Assembly: GCA_024137785.1 (NCBI GenBank)
Contig: JAHRHZ010000250.1
Coordinates: forward strand, 1,408,515 to 1,472,514
DNA: 64,000 bases
Reading direction: 5' to 3'
DNA from: Ginglymostoma cirratum
Lineage: Eukaryota
Shown here in pieces: positions 48,020 to 61,941 of the stretch; positions within the stretch are counted from its first letter, which is position 1, and each line of letters opens with the position of its first letter. The notes beneath the pieces are model-generated. The model was given only the letters and a program-made list of their open reading frames with translations. It had not been told where the DNA came from and searched no databases. A program made the translations under genes and the position numbers.

Positions 48020-50504
48020 GTCAGTGCTGGACAAAAAGCAACATATATGTTGAAGACTATTGTTCAGATAGGTCAAATTAACTTTTCTCAATGCTTTTCC
48101 TTTTTACAGTGTGACAGAATTATGTGCTTTTAACAAGACTTGCCATGATTGTGTAGAACTTAAAGAAATGAGCAGTTAGTTAACCAGTGCTAGACATAAT
48201 CGACATCACACTATATGAATATTAACATATAAAAACACGATCAATTTCCATAAAATGATTTTCTCCATCAACTTAACAGAGATGCTATTAAATTGAAAAT
48301 AAACCAGTAGCATGTTGGTTAATATAGGCAAAGCAATAGTTTACATTCACATTTCAATGACATTATTTCAAGGTTATTATGCTTAAGGAAAATGAATTCA
48401 TGTGGATTGGGAAGAAACTGCAGCAAATAGAGGTTTGGAAAGGGAATGTAAATTGAGAACATTTGGAGCATATTATGGAAAGCATAGTTAAAAAAAAAGT
48501 AATTTTGCAATGAACCATTTTGATGTCAGGCTTCATAAGCTAGAAGTTATCCAGGCACTTGTAACTTCTGTATGTAGTTTGCATGACTGTGCATTCATCT
48601 GTTCAACTAGCCTACGTTGCCATTGTCATTTTAGTATTATAGTCCTCAAAATGGTCAAGGAGGTCAAAATCATTGTCAGCAATATTTGTAATGAAATTAG
48701 TACTGTGTTCACGCAAAATCAACAGAATAATAAATTCATTGGAAATTCCACTGATGTAAATTGCACCACCAAAAACTGAAAATGTGTAGTGTTAGCAAGT
48801 GTCCAAGAAAGGTATGAAGAAAGATATTGCCCAACCAAAACACAAAATACACTTTGAGCCTTGCAGTTAGTGAGCTACAGAAGTACAAATACTTCATGCC
48901 ATTCATCTCAAATTCCTCTATCTGCTTTTAGAAGGAAATCAGTGCAAAATAATCTCTTTTCAACTAGTTATTGTCATTACTCAAATACTATTAAATGTGC
49001 TAAACTTAAATTTGTGCATTGGTATCTCACTGCAAGAGCCTTTATTTCCTTGAGCAAATGGTTTGTTCCGACAAAGAATGAGAAGGATATAAAGAAACTG
49101 TATTTATTCCAAATGTTCTTGCTCTTTCACTAGAAGAGGAGAATAGAAATGTAAAGGCATCTTGTTAGTGACTTAAAAAAAATCACCATCTGTAAAGGTA
49201 TATTCACTCAATGTTTCCCAAATAGGACGAGGATTAATCAATTTTTGTGTGCTATGTTTAGAAACAAATGAGAACACAATGAACTCCAGAGTAAGTAAGG
49301 ATCCTGCAGGCACAAAGTAGAAAAATAAATGTGCTGTATTTCCACATCTGGAGATTGGTTGGAACCTCAGATGGAACAATTTAGGGGCCAAGTAAGGGTG
49401 TTCAGTTTCTGCAGGAAGTCATATCAGTTACATCAGTTTTGTTACTGAAATGACTGTCAGACACACTCTGCTTGCCAGTAGTGAGCAGGGATAAAAGCTG
49501 GCATTATTATCATTAGTAAATAGTATATCATTATACTAAATTTCCCTATCTGAGATATATATGTCCCATTATTGGACTGATGCAGTGCCTACTTCTTTCA
49601 ATTCGAAGATCTCATAAATTTTGCAGATACATATAATTTTCAATATTGTGAAAGTTTATTTGGTCTGTCTAGCAGTGTCCTTTTAAAAGTTATTTACAAT
49701 TATTCCAAACTAGCACAGACGTTTAACTATCTGTAGGAAGAGAGCTACAGAAAAATTCCATAATTGCAAAAAGATTAAGAAGCAAACTGGAAGCGAGGGA
49801 TATGGAAATCAACAAAATCATACTTGTAGTCACTTGTAGCAATATCATAAAGAGTATTAAACAACATTTAGCAACATGTACTCTAGAAATGAGTTTGTTT
49901 GTTTGTGCCATTTTATTTGTTATTTTTATGTAGCAATGCCATCAGTCAGTTTAGCATTGCATTGTACTATCTGGGATATAGATCAGATTGAACTTCCCAC
50001 GGCAATAATCCTTCAATGGAACTTTGTGGTTTTCAATGTTATGTCCTGGTTAATGGGAAGGATGAGATTGTATCATTTGCACAATATAATTGAAACCAGC
50101 CTAGTTACTGACATTTATCCAAACCCTTTACGTTTAATTCCTTGAGTTGATAGACTCACGATGACCGGTCAAACTAACGTTGAGTCAACTGAATTCCATT
50201 AGCTTTTGGAATTCCCAGTGTACTGCAATATAAAGCTTTAATATCCTATGCTGCAGGGATTGCTATATTCTGTGTGACACAGCATGTTGCTTCATTAATT
50301 AGTGCTTATAACCTTTCAATTGATGATAATTTTAATGCAATCATGCCACTGTAAACAGGGAGTGGTAGACGTTAAGGGGAGATGGGCAGACAGGAAGGAA
50401 CCTGGAGGTAGAGTCATCATGGGTTTTCAAGCATTGCTTAGTGGCATGCTGAAAACAGCAGTGCTGGAGACTGGGGTTGGGGTGGTGGGGGGTGGGAGAG
50501 CAAG

Positions 50505-50740
50505 GTAAAAACAAAAGGTTCTGTTGAAAGTCAGCAGATCTGCAGCATCTGTGGACAGAGAAACAGATAACTTTTTGAGGCTGATTTGACAATCATCTGA
50601 ATATGAATTCCAGTTCCGAAGAAGAGTCATACAGACTTGAAACATTTACACTGTCTCTGTCTCCATAGATGCTTACAGACATATTGAGTTTCTCTCTTCT
50701 TATTTCAGATTTTCAAATTGTACTGTATTTTGCTTTAATT
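50505..50740. repeat. Degenerate palindromic Penelope-like-derived repeat
   Basis: cagcagatctgcagcatctgtggacagagaaacag arm versus ctgtctctgtctccatagatgct arm. Decayed core ccGAAGA-agagtc-ataca-gactt-GAAA. Confidence 0.6.
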
Positions 50741-50799
50741 TGAGTTCCTTGAAGTGCTGGTCATGAGTGATATTGTTGTGATTACTGTCATTGTATTCA

Positions 50800-51300
50800 T
50801 CCTTTATGGTCATAGATGATTATGATATCAACTAGAATTCTTTGAGTTGTATTATGGTTGCAACGTGTTTGAACAGGACTAATCAATCCAATTTAAGCAT
50901 GAAAAGGTCTGTTGCATAGTGAACATACAGGCATTGTTGGTGTGAACAAAGTGCTTGAAACTCTGGATTTATGAAACTAATCCATCTGAGGGCCATTGAG
51001 ATACTGTTCTGTTCATGAAAGATTTTCCCTTTACTGTTGAGACTGTACCTTATAGAGAGATGTTATGCAACACTCTCTCATTTTCAGGAACAAATATTGA
51101 AATTCTATAGGGAGACATCCAGGCTGCTCGTAAAGCACACATTTTCCTGCCTTCACATGAATATTTCCCTTCAATTAGCTCCTCTTGGCAGAACTTTCTT
51201 GGCATGCACTCATTTGGCATTCTGCTAACATGTCCTGTCAATCTTTCTGTTCAGCAGATTGTAGATGCCAGGCATATTGGTCAGAGAGAGTATCATAGTA
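50800..51300 (-). mobile_element. RTE-clade LINE 3' fragment
   Basis: Minus ORF 51050..51241 (TGHVSRMPNECMPRKFCQEELIEGKYSCEGRK) resembles the RTE ORF C-terminus (WAGHVxRMxDxRxPKxxxYGELxxGKRxxGxQxK). Confidence 0.65.
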
Positions 51301-53619
51301 GGAAACTTAGAAACGTGGCACACATTGTCAATATATAGGCTTTGGCTGAGCTAAAGTGGCATTGGACGTCTTTTATGTAAATCTGTGAATATAACTCAGA
51401 GGTCAGATAGACCTCACAGAAAACAATATGCAGATTTCACATGGATTAAATTTCATGTATATAATTCATAGATACAGCATATTTAAAACATTTTTAAACC
51501 ATTCATTACACTTCCTAATAATGGCCAAAAGTTGATTTGGAGCCTATTTAATACTAGGATATATGTGTCAGCTGATTCATCTTAGGAAAGATTATTTTGG
51601 AACCTAGTGAGTGGAACTCTTCAGATACAACATACAAGTGCATGGCAAGTGCATATGTCTACTCTCACTTATTTAAAACAATGTGAGAACTAGCAGCCAA
51701 ATTCAAAAGTTGCAGTTCCTGTGATACCGCAAATGCGCTGTGTTCAAGATTGTTATCTATAACAAAACCTTCCAGCATGTATTAACACCACAGCAGTTGT
51801 TCTGCTGCAAGAGACCTTCACTCAGCAACAATACTATGATTATAGTACAAATGCAGTTCAGGGTCAGTGACTGATCTGACAGTAGAGCAGCACAGCAAGA
51901 TTCCCTGGAGCAGGAAATTCGTTCTGCTACATTTTGGTCCCAGCTTTGGCCTTGAAATGCAATTTGCACCCTACAGGAGGAATTTCAAATCAGAAATTGG
52001 TGAGCCCTTTCAAGGACCTCAGCTTCATTTCCTGCTCCTGACCATCTGTTGGTGATTGCTGATTGCAGGAGGGCACACCTCCAAACCTGATCCATCTGAA
52101 AGTTGAAACTGTAACAGCGTGGCTAGTGATTGTTGACATATGAGCAATGCACCAGCACCTCCTAGCTATATCAACAAAATGGCAGACTTTCATCAGACAT
52201 TTTATGAGTGGTCACTGGACTCACATTCAAAAAAAACACTGATTAGTCTGCTCAATGTTGAGGACAAATAAAAGCAATCTTTACTAAGCACAAAGCCTTT
52301 CTACATTGAAATTTCAACTGGTTTTATGTAGGTAATAAGGACATAACCTGCATATTTCAGTAGCTTCCTGCCTAAAACAGGCTACCTCATCAGCTGCCTC
52401 TCCAAGGACTCTATCCAAGATTATGGTGTCTGTCACACCAGTGTAAATGTGTCAATAAGTGACCCAATTTCAGGACACAACTACAGTGTCTGGAAGGGAA
52501 GTACAATCAGGCCTTGCTTCTTTAAGTGCACAATTGAAATCACTTGGCAACAATATTAAACTTGCATGATGAAGTCACTGTCATGATAAAAGAACAGTAG
52601 GGGAAAAGGTTAGGTCTTAGTTACCTCAATATAGAGCAGGTCAGTACCTCTTCACAAGCATATTTATAAACACATCTGTCTCTCTAGAACCAGTTACCTG
52701 ACCTGCACATTCTGTCCCAGATAAGCTTTGACAAGATAACTGCTCCATTTTTGCTGTGATACCTTTTTTGGCTTGAGGTTTCATTTTATTTCATTGCAAA
52801 TGAAACAAAAACTGCATCAAAATTCACAGATGAAATACACACTGCAGAGAAAATTCTGCATAAACGTTACAATATGTCATAAAAACTCACTCATTCAGAA
52901 GAAGACTGCATCGCTTCACATCTAATTACATAAATCTACCTTCTCTTCTAGCTCACATTTTAAATAATCTGTACGTTAATTTGAATATGAGAATCTGGAA
53001 TCAGTATGGATGTCTGTGAAAGCATTTGTAGTGACTTAAGGGAGCTAAACATTGGGTGTTTTCCATCATCTCTGCTGGGGGATGGGTGAGCTGCAGATGT
53101 GGTATATAGTGTTCAGACATGCTGCAAAACATTAAATCAATCTAACAGCAAATTACAATCCTGGTGTATGTAAGGTATTTTTGAAATCACTCAGGCTCTC
53201 TACTTTGAGGCAATATGTGACAGTGGTAGATTTTGAATTATAACTAAATAACCTCTGATAAAATCATTGGTCTCTGAACATGATTTGCTTGAACCCATTG
53301 TGTTGAATACAATTTCATGTTGAATATGGATGATGTCATCATATGAAGTTGAGCTTTTCATTGAGAAAAATGACTTAAGTTCATGCATTGGTATTTTGAT
53401 TCAAGGGGCAACTTATTTGCCCCAGCTGTCTTCTTTCTGCTGGTCTCAAATTTAATCTGCTTTGATTAATAGCATGACCACTTTATAGCCCTGCTGTCTA
53501 TGCCATTGACAAACATTCTTTTAACTGTCACCATTGAAGCATTACTAGTGAGAATAAGACCACAGATGGTTCATGCATGGTTTAATCCTGTTTCGTTTTA
53601 GGATATCAACATTGATTTA

Positions 53620-53914
53620 GCATTCCCACCCCTGAGCCAACAGATTATACTGAAGGTTCAAATCCCAATTCAGAGATTTGAGCTAATAATTTATGGTGAT
53701 ATGTTGTACGGAACGCTGATGGCATTATGCAGTGCTTTGTTTCAAGTGAGACACTAACCTGAAGTGTTATGTTCCCTTTGAAGGAGAGATATAAGATCCA
53801 TAACACCATTCAAAGAAGGGCAGGGAAGTTTCCTTTAGTGTCCTGCTCAACATTTATTGTTCAATAAAAATAACTGGAGATAATCTACATTAAAAAAGAT
53901 GGACAGATTATCTG
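53620..53914 (+). mobile_element. Deu-domain SINE (SacSINE1/AmnSINE1-like), interrupted by a hairpin element
   Basis: ggttcaaatcccaattcagagatttgagc...gagacactaacc...agatccata...aagaagggcagggaagtttcc..gtgtcctgctcaacatttat...acagattatctg. Resumes at 54571. Confidence 0.65.
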
Positions 53915-54570
53915 AGATGACAAGGTGTAGAGCTGGATGAACACAGCGGGCCAAGCAGCATCAGAGGAGCAGGAAAGCTGACGTTTTGGGTCGAGACCCT
54001 TCTTCGGAAATGGGGGAGGAGAAGGGGATTCTGAAATAAATANNNNNNNNNNNNNNNNNNNNNNNNNNNNNNNNNNNNNNNNNNNNNNNNNNNNNNNNNN
54101 NNNNNNNNNNNNNNNNNNNNNNNNNNNNNNNNNNNNNNNNNNNNNNNNNNNNNNNNNNNNNNNNNNNNNNNNNNNNNNNNNNNNNNNNNNNNNNNNNNNN
54201 NNNNNNNNNNNNNNNNNNNNNNNNNNNNNNNNNNNNNNNNNNNNNNNNNNNNNNNNNNNNNNNNNNNNNNNNNNNNNNNNNNNNNNNNNNNNNNNNNNNN
54301 NNNNNNNNNNNNNNNNNNNNNNNNNNNNNNNNNNNNNNNNNNNNNNNNNNNNNNNNNNNNNNNNNNNNNNNNNNNNNNNNNNNNNNNNNNNNNNNNNNNN
54401 NNNNNNNNNNNNNNNNNNNNNNNNNNNNNNNNNNNNNNNNNNGCTGAAGAAGGGTCTCGACCCAAAACGTCAGCTTTCCTGCTCCTCTGATGCTGCTTGG
54501 CCCGCTGTGTTCATCCAGCTCTACACCTTGTTATCTCAGATTCCTCAGCATCGGCAGTTCCTACTATCTC
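53915..54570. mobile_element. Young palindromic Penelope-like-derived insertion with 15-bp target-site duplication; centre unsequenced
   Basis: Nearly identical ~90-bp inverted arms (53915-54006 and 54444-54536). TGGACAGATTATCTG at 53900-53914 and 54571-54585. Same family as 6377-6593. Confidence 0.8.
54043..54442. other. Assembly gap (400 N)
   Basis: Run of N. Confidence 1.
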
Positions 54571-56649
54571 TGGACAGATTATCTGGTCTTTTCTCTTTGT
54601 TGGATTTCAAAGTAAAGAAAGATGGCCATATAGTTGTTTCGATACCTGTGTTATTCTGTGTGGTTCCAAAAAGTAAGGAAAGGAGGAAGTAGACCTGTTC
54701 TGTATTTGCTGTGCTCAGAACAGCCAGTGACAGGGATGCTAAAATTGAACTCAAGGTCTATGCTCCAGAGAAGAAAAGACAGCTTTTTTCAGAGACTTGT
54801 GTTGGAAAGTGAAAATGTTTGTTGGTTTGGGGTGAGGACAATTTCTGACTATATTATGATGTCCTACGCAGTTGAATAGTTTGCCTTTGAAGCTTATTAC
54901 CAGGTACCACTTGACTTTCCAGCCTCTTGAACTGAGCCAGCCTGAGTCAGAGTCTTCTGGAGAGATTAGAACAAATTAGAGAACTGGCATCAAATCATGA
55001 GCATTTATTATCAAAAGCCAAATCATAATTTTACAACAAAAAGACCCCAGCATTTATTTTATATTATTTCAGCACAAAATTATATTCAAATGAAAACAAA
55101 TGTTTTCTTTTACTTTGAGCTAGCAAAAACTGCAGATGCTGGAGTCAGAGTCGGTTTTGAGTCCTGACCCGAAACGTTGAACTTCCTGCTCCTCTGGTGC
55201 TGCCTGACCTGCTGTTTTATTTACTATTCCTTCCTATTTTAAGATCTGACATCAGACTCCTATTCCCCAAAGCAAGCACGACACCCAAACATCACGCGCA
55301 CCCCACCAACAAGGTCCAAATGAGGTATCTTATAGCAACAACTATCCTGAGGTTAGAACAGTCTCTGAAGCACATTCACCCATTTGATATTCAAGCTAAT
55401 CATCCAACTGCAATAGACTCATTCTCCACCAGGGGTCAGCGTATAGAGATCAAGAGCAAAGGGTTCAGCTCTTTAGTTTACATGTTCATTCATGGGAAAT
55501 GGGATCACTGGCAAAGCAGGCATTTATTGCCTCTCTCTAAAAGCCCTTGAAAATGGCTTAAGATCCAGACTTGGACCTGCCTGATCTTTATAGCTCTGCA
55601 GCACAAGTTATACCCTTAGCCAATAAAAGGGCCAAAGACATTAGAAATCACCTTCAAAATTCTAGACATCTGCAGCTCTGTAGCACAAGATTTAAAATGG
55701 CAGCTTTGGCAAAGGCAGTTCGGATAAAGTTTAATTCACATAAGAAATTAAATGGCAGATTCTGCAGCAAATAGAATATCGGTACAGCCACTACAACACG
55801 AGTACCAAAGTACCAAATTGAAGAATGATTGAACTAGTGTGAAATAGTTATCTGAAGCTATACTTGCAATTTCACTTGTTGGAGAATTAGAAAATAAACT
55901 CACTGTTGGAAAATTATGGCATGTTAAACAGCAGCTGCACCCCTCCCCCACCCCTACTTTACCCATCATCATATTATCAATACTTGAATTGCATCTTTGC
56001 TCTTTTAAAATGTTATTGTTAAACAGAGGTGGTATTTGAGTGTGAATACAATGCAAGGTAGCTTATGAACATAGCAGCAGGAGTAGGCCAGTCAGCCTCT
56101 CAAGTCTATGTCAGTTAGATCCTGCTGATGTGTACTTTGATTCCATTTACCTGTCTTTAACACACATCCCTTGATGTCTTTGTGTAACAAACAGCTGTCC
56201 ATCAAAGACCCACAAATTTCAGATTGCCCCTAGCAATTACAGCTTTGTTTTAAGGTGGAAAAGGATGTTCTGATTTCCTTATGAGTAGCAGCTTCCTGAT
56301 TTTGCAACTGAATGATTAACATTAAAATTGTGCTCCTGATTTCCCATTAGTGGACTTTGCAGTCGTGATTTATTTTGTAGTCTGTACGGTGCACCCAGTT
56401 AGTAGAAAACTGAGGCATTCCATACAGGGTCCTGTGCATACATTACACCAGACATGTTTCCTGATCAGTGACAGATCTGTGGTGAAATTTTCAAAGTGAG
56501 TAAAGAGGTGATTATCTTAGATATTGATAATAAAAGAAACATGCTATTGAAATTTTTCATCTTGCACTCATCAGGACAATTCACAAGAAATACCAATATG
56601 AAGGAAAAACAGCTTGATACTGTATGGGTATGGTACTTTCACGCAGATG

Positions 56650-56993
56650 GCTGGTGGTAATATCACTGGACTGTTAATCCAGATACCCAGATAATGTTCT
56701 GGGGACCGGAGTTCAGATTCTGCCACAGCAGATGGTGGAATTTGAATTCAATAAATATCTGGAATTAAGAGTTTAATGATGACTTTGAATCCATTGTTGA
56801 TTGTCGGCAAAATCCATCTGGTTCACTAATGCCCTTTAGGGAAGGAAATTGCCATCCTTACCTGGTCTGGCCTACATGTGACTCCAGACCCACAGCAATG
56901 TGGTTGACTCTGAACTGCCCTCTGGGCAATTAAGGATGGACAATAAATGCTGCCTAGCCAGCAACATCCTCATCCCATGAATGCAAAAAAAAA
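56650..56993 (+). mobile_element. tRNA-derived SINE with LINE-like tail, near full length
   Basis: Head ggtaatatcactggactgttaatccaga...ggagttcagattctgccac, conserved body, tail aataaatgctgcctagccagcaacatcctcatcccatgaatgc+polyA. At least four other copies in the window. Confidence 0.85.
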
Positions 56994-58910
56994 TGCAAAG
57001 AGTGTTAATTGGCTGGCACGTGGACTGTACAGGAATGCACCAGTTAGAATTTAAAACATGACAGTACTTCCAGCCTGGTCATGTGTTAAACATTTTTTAA
57101 TGTTCATAAAGTCCAGCTACTTTCAGTACAAAAATTGAGAGTTGAAAGGAAATTGAACAATTGAAAGCTTAGGCTTTTATTTTCTCCTAAAGCGAGTGGC
57201 AATGCATTCCCACTTGCCTCAAAGCAGCTGCACACCCAAGGAGTGTGACAATATGGAGACCAGACCAATCTAAATTGTTTGGTTTCCTTCCTATATATTT
57301 TCTCAATGGCTCACCTGATCCATTACTACATGGCACGAGAGAGACAGAGGGCTGCAGCCAAGGCCTGGGGTGACTGGTTCCTGCTAGATGAATGCATATT
57401 GAGAAGGGAGGTCTCAGAATCTGAACAGGGTTGGGGAAAGGGAACTGATGTAAATGGATGTACAAACCTTCAAAGGGAAGCGATATTGTCCTCCTAGTTC
57501 ACCTTAAAACCAGCTAAGAATTTTCAGTCTTCAGCATCTTCTGGCCAGGGATCTCTCTCCTGACAATGCTGCCCTGATAGTGAATCTGTCACAGTCTCAT
57601 TTTCATGCTTCTGACTAAAATTGCAGATTGGGTCGCAATTACCCAATGTGTATGTTTAACAACATTGACCAATTTGGATCAGGTTTCGTTAAAAGAGCAG
57701 GCAAATTCTACACAAGGGTATAAGGATTTGAAAGGGCTGATGCTGAGGAATGCATTAAGTACCCTCCAATAGGATGTTCCCACATGAATTTAGAAGGAGG
57801 AACAGTTTTGGATTTCATAGAAGTCCGACCTAACATTGAAGTCTCCCTCATTGTCTCAGTGACAATATCTGTTGTATCTATGTAAAGTATCCCTAGTTGC
57901 TAACATGTAATAAACTCCCTCTTGCTTATGAGATGAGCGTCTTGGTAGATAGACTGCAAGGTGGTTTTCACCCAACACGTTAGATGAAGCAGGTCCAGTA
58001 GACCATTGCTAGGAAAGAGGCTTGTAGCAGCAAATCCATCAGAAGGATCTTACACCGTGATGAGCTATGGTGAGGGTTTATCTTACAATATGGTGTAAAT
58101 GGTGCAGGTTCCTTTTAGCTGTCAACAACAGATAACATGGGGATGCATGGAGGGGGTCAAAAGCTGTCCTCATTTAAATGATCCCTTCCTTCCAGCTTCA
58201 GTGAGCTATGGGTGATTAAAATCAAGGTCCTGAATTCATATTATGTCACAGTATACAAACCAGAAAGCTTTTCATTACAACAAATAATACGATGTAAACT
58301 TCCAGTAAGAGCAATCTAAAGCCATGTCCCTCAGCTTCCTTTCATCTACAAAACAGTTATTAACTATATGTGAAGACAAATCCAATCTCACATTTGTTTT
58401 AGTGGAAATAATTCTCTTGGCTTTGTTAATATTTAGCAGTTAAACACCATACACCACATTTCGACCAAATATTTGGTTGCATACAACAACTTGATCTAAT
58501 CTAAAGGAGAATTGTCTTCATTAAACCATCAGGCACAACTTCTATACTTCCCAAATACTAGAGTCATAACGATACCAGTTTCCTTTGAATACATCATTTT
58601 TGCACATTTAATCATCTTGTTTTTTAGTTAACAATTCTATCACCTACCAGGTTGAGAAAAGATGGCGTTTGCTTTGTCCAGTAATTCTGTGTAAGAAGGT
58701 ACTATCTTCTGTTCCTTTCTTCTGCTCCAAGTGTAAAATTAGCCCTGATATAATCTTTCATGATGCCTATGTCGCCATCATATTTTGAACGCAACTTTCC
58801 TTTTCAAGGTTGTGAGTGAAAGTACCAGAGTTGATTTGGAGGAAGTTTTTTTTTAGTGACAGAGGACAATGAAGAACCAACCTATCACAGTGCCGGAGGA
58901 AGATTAGATT

Positions 58911-59290
58911 GAAAGAAAGAATATGCGTTCATATAGCGCCTTTCACAGCTTCATGATGTCCAAAGCACTTCATTGGTTGTCATTGTTTAACGTAGGAAAT
59001 ACAGTAGCCAATTTGGGTGCAGCAAGCATCCACAATTACCATTGTCATTGCAGTCTAATAATCCACTTCATTACAATTGGTTGAATATTAATTGCCCTGG
59101 ACTCCTTGGAGAACCCCCCTGCTCTTCTTCAAAGCACTGTGGATCTTGGATTAGTGTCTCTTCCAAAAGACAACATATTTGAGTTTGCTGCTTTCCCTCA
59201 GTACTACACTGGAATGTTAGCCTAGATTTTCTGCTCCAGTCGCTGGAGTAGAATCTAAGTCCCATAATTTATGACTCAAATGTAAGTGCA
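58911..59290 (-). mobile_element. Deu-domain SINE (SacSINE1-like)
   Basis: Reverse-complement copy (atatagcgcctttcac...gtaggaaa..cagccaatttg...ccctgctcttcttcaaa...ccctcagtactacactggaatgttagcctagat). Confidence 0.7.
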
Positions 59291-59452
59291 ACATCTCTGA
59301 AGTGTGCACACATTTATTAGAATTAAAAGTCAGGATGAGGACAAGTAATGTAGCTTGGGACCTGATTATCTTTTTATTTAGATATTTTGTAGCTGATGAC
59401 CCATTCCATAGCTAAGCATTGTACCACAAGCTGAGTTGCTTAATCGAATAAA

Positions 59453-59662
59453 TGGGGATTAGTGAGCTCAGTTGGCCAGACAGCTGATCTGTCAGGCGAA
59501 CAGTGTGGTTCAATTCCCACAATGCCTGAGGACACCATTATTGTCCCACCTTCTCAATCTTGCCCCTTGCCTGATATGTAGTGATCCTTAGGTTAAGCTG
59601 CCACCAATTGTCGATCTCTCACAGGATAGTAGCCCGACAGACTTGTGGGGCTATGGTGACAA
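59453..59662 (+). mobile_element. tRNA-derived SINE
   Basis: A-box-like tagtgagctcagttgg and B-box-like ggttcaattccc. Body shared with 4320-4515. Confidence 0.5.
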
Positions 59663-61618
59663 ATTAAGATCATAATATTTCAGTTGCACAAACATGATGA
59701 AACACTGTAAGCTCTTGGAGAATTGCATCTCAGAACAAAGAAAGGGCCCGTCCTGCTGTCTAATCTGTCCACAACACGATTGCAGACTCTCCAGGAATCA
59801 TTAGCAATCAACTGAATTGCAGGACTCTGCTACAGGCAACCAGCAGAAAAATCATAGGAGTAATTAAAAACTTGCTGTTCGGTTTTCTTTGAATATTGCT
59901 ATTTACTGGTCTTATGAATATTATAGATGAGCCAACAGGATCTGGTTGTCAATCTCAAATCATCCAACTGGATAATCCAGAGTCATTCATATTCCAATTG
60001 GTCTGGGCAGGTATGGAACTGACAGGATCAATGAATTAGGTTATAAATGGCAAAGATATGGGGCAGAATGGTTGGAAGCAGGGGGTTATATGTTGAAAAC
60101 TCCAAGCAATATGTTCAAGCAAAGTTAACAAATCTTAAACATGATCTAGTCAAAACTACCAGGGAGGCTGAAGGAGAACAGCAGGGGGCTGTGGTGCAGA
60201 ACCTAATTATAAATATTCCAGCTGAACATGTGCTGGCTGGAAGGAAAAGAAAGGGATTCAATTTCCTTCCTGTTTCCTTAGCCTCCACAGATCACTCAGC
60301 AGTTGGACTGCAGGATGTGAACCAGTCTGGAAATCATCAAGGCTATGTTAAAAACTGACAGCTTGTGCACGAATGTTTTTTTTAATGCCATGAACATGCT
60401 AAATCAGGACAGAATTGACAGACTGCAAGCAGAATTTCTGAATCTGGGACTTGCTTGTACTTTGACATCCTGGCTTTTTTTTGCTTATTATAATCCATGT
60501 GTCAATCTTGATTTGAAAAATTGATTTTCCCATTAGTAACTTTGCCAATTATAATAAAATGCAAACATCTCCTGTGTAAACCTTTGATTGCTACCTCAAA
60601 TGTTAACCCTAAAAGTGGTCATTGCAGCAATTCCTGTGCTATTGCATCAGTGGAGTTCATATTCATTTTGCAGATTAAAATTTGCTTTGAACACCCAGCA
60701 TCCATGTATTTGTATATAGTGGCAAGGCTATTTAAGAGACTGTGCAGGATTGATTCCATCTGTTGACTTTGAAATAAAGATCTGTGCTTTTATTCTGAAT
60801 TATATAAAAATCTAAAATATGAAATGCATCGACAAAACAGTGCAAAGTTATCAGAGCGTCACATTATGCTGATGTAATATGTTGATCTTGTTTCCAGAAC
60901 ATCTTGTTTGTCATTTGACTGACCTCGTAAAGATTCTTTTTTCAACTATTTTTATGAGTTTGTCTATGATAGTTTAGACAAAGCAAACCACTTTGATGTA
61001 AAATGTAATTAATTGTAAGAAAAGATGCCAAAACTTTATCAACTTGGAAAACGATAAAAGGCAGTTTAAAGGGGCAGTTTTTGGGGACGACAAAGCTTTT
61101 TCCATTAGGCAAGTCGGAAACTGCATTACAAAATCAGCTTTTGTTTTCTGTTCTAATTGGAAGGCAATTTTTGTTTTATAGCCATGAATAGTACCATAGT
61201 TCTTTATCTATCGTGCTGAGGCCATTTAGATTTACTGGCACTGGCATGAGCCAGTAAGCTCTCTGATTGATTGTTCTGGAAACCAAGCCAGCCACTCTGT
61301 AAAATGGTATTTAAGTGGCAGTGAAGACATGGCATTCAATTACACTGGAAATTTCTTGCACTTATACCACACATTTAATTCAGTGAAAAGTTCCAGCACG
61401 CATAGAAGAGGAGAAAAAAGCATATGGCAAGCCGAAAAATGGTCATTTAGAAGAGCTGCACTGACAGATTGATCAAAAAATTGATTTTAAAGGATTTTAA
61501 ATGAGGAGAAGGTGGTGTAATTGTGGATTAGGAATTCAGCACCAGGGAATAGGAATGAGGTAGGTGAAGTCACGGCTACGAATAGCCAGCAAAGGTGATA
61601 TGCTTGTCAAGGAACTGG

Positions 61619-61941
61619 AAGCCATTCGGTCCATCAAGTCCACACTGACCTTCCGAACTGCATCCCACCCAGCTACCCTATCCTTGAAACTCTATATTTC
61701 CCATGGCTAATCCACCTAGCCTACGCATCCCTGGACACTACAGACAATTCAGCGTGGCCAATCCACCTAACATGCACCTGTTTGGACTGTGTGAGGAAAT
61801 CAGAGCACCCGGAAGATTCTCACACAGAGACAGGGAGAATGTGCAAACTCTGCACAGACAGTTGGCTGAGGCTGCAATAGAACCCCAGTCCCTGGAACTG
61901 TGAGGCAGCAGTGCTAACTGCCGAGCAACCATTGCCACCCC
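61619..61941 (-). mobile_element. HE1-like V-SINE
   Basis: Reverse-complement paralog of 39832-40187. Confidence 0.85.

Noticed and set aside
47765-48133. His-rich antisense ORF 47765..48091 and alternative-frame ORF 47822..48133
   Set aside because: By-products of the 12-bp repeat. Only the VQRD frame fits the splice phases.
53908-54465. 185-aa ORF in the track
   Set aside because: Artefact of translating across the N gap.
57175-57250. Possible phase-1 acceptor ttttattttctcctaaAG followed by ASGNAFPLASKQLHTQGV*
   Set aside because: Short, no similarity to any Pcdh constant tail I recognise, and no supporting donor or conservation.
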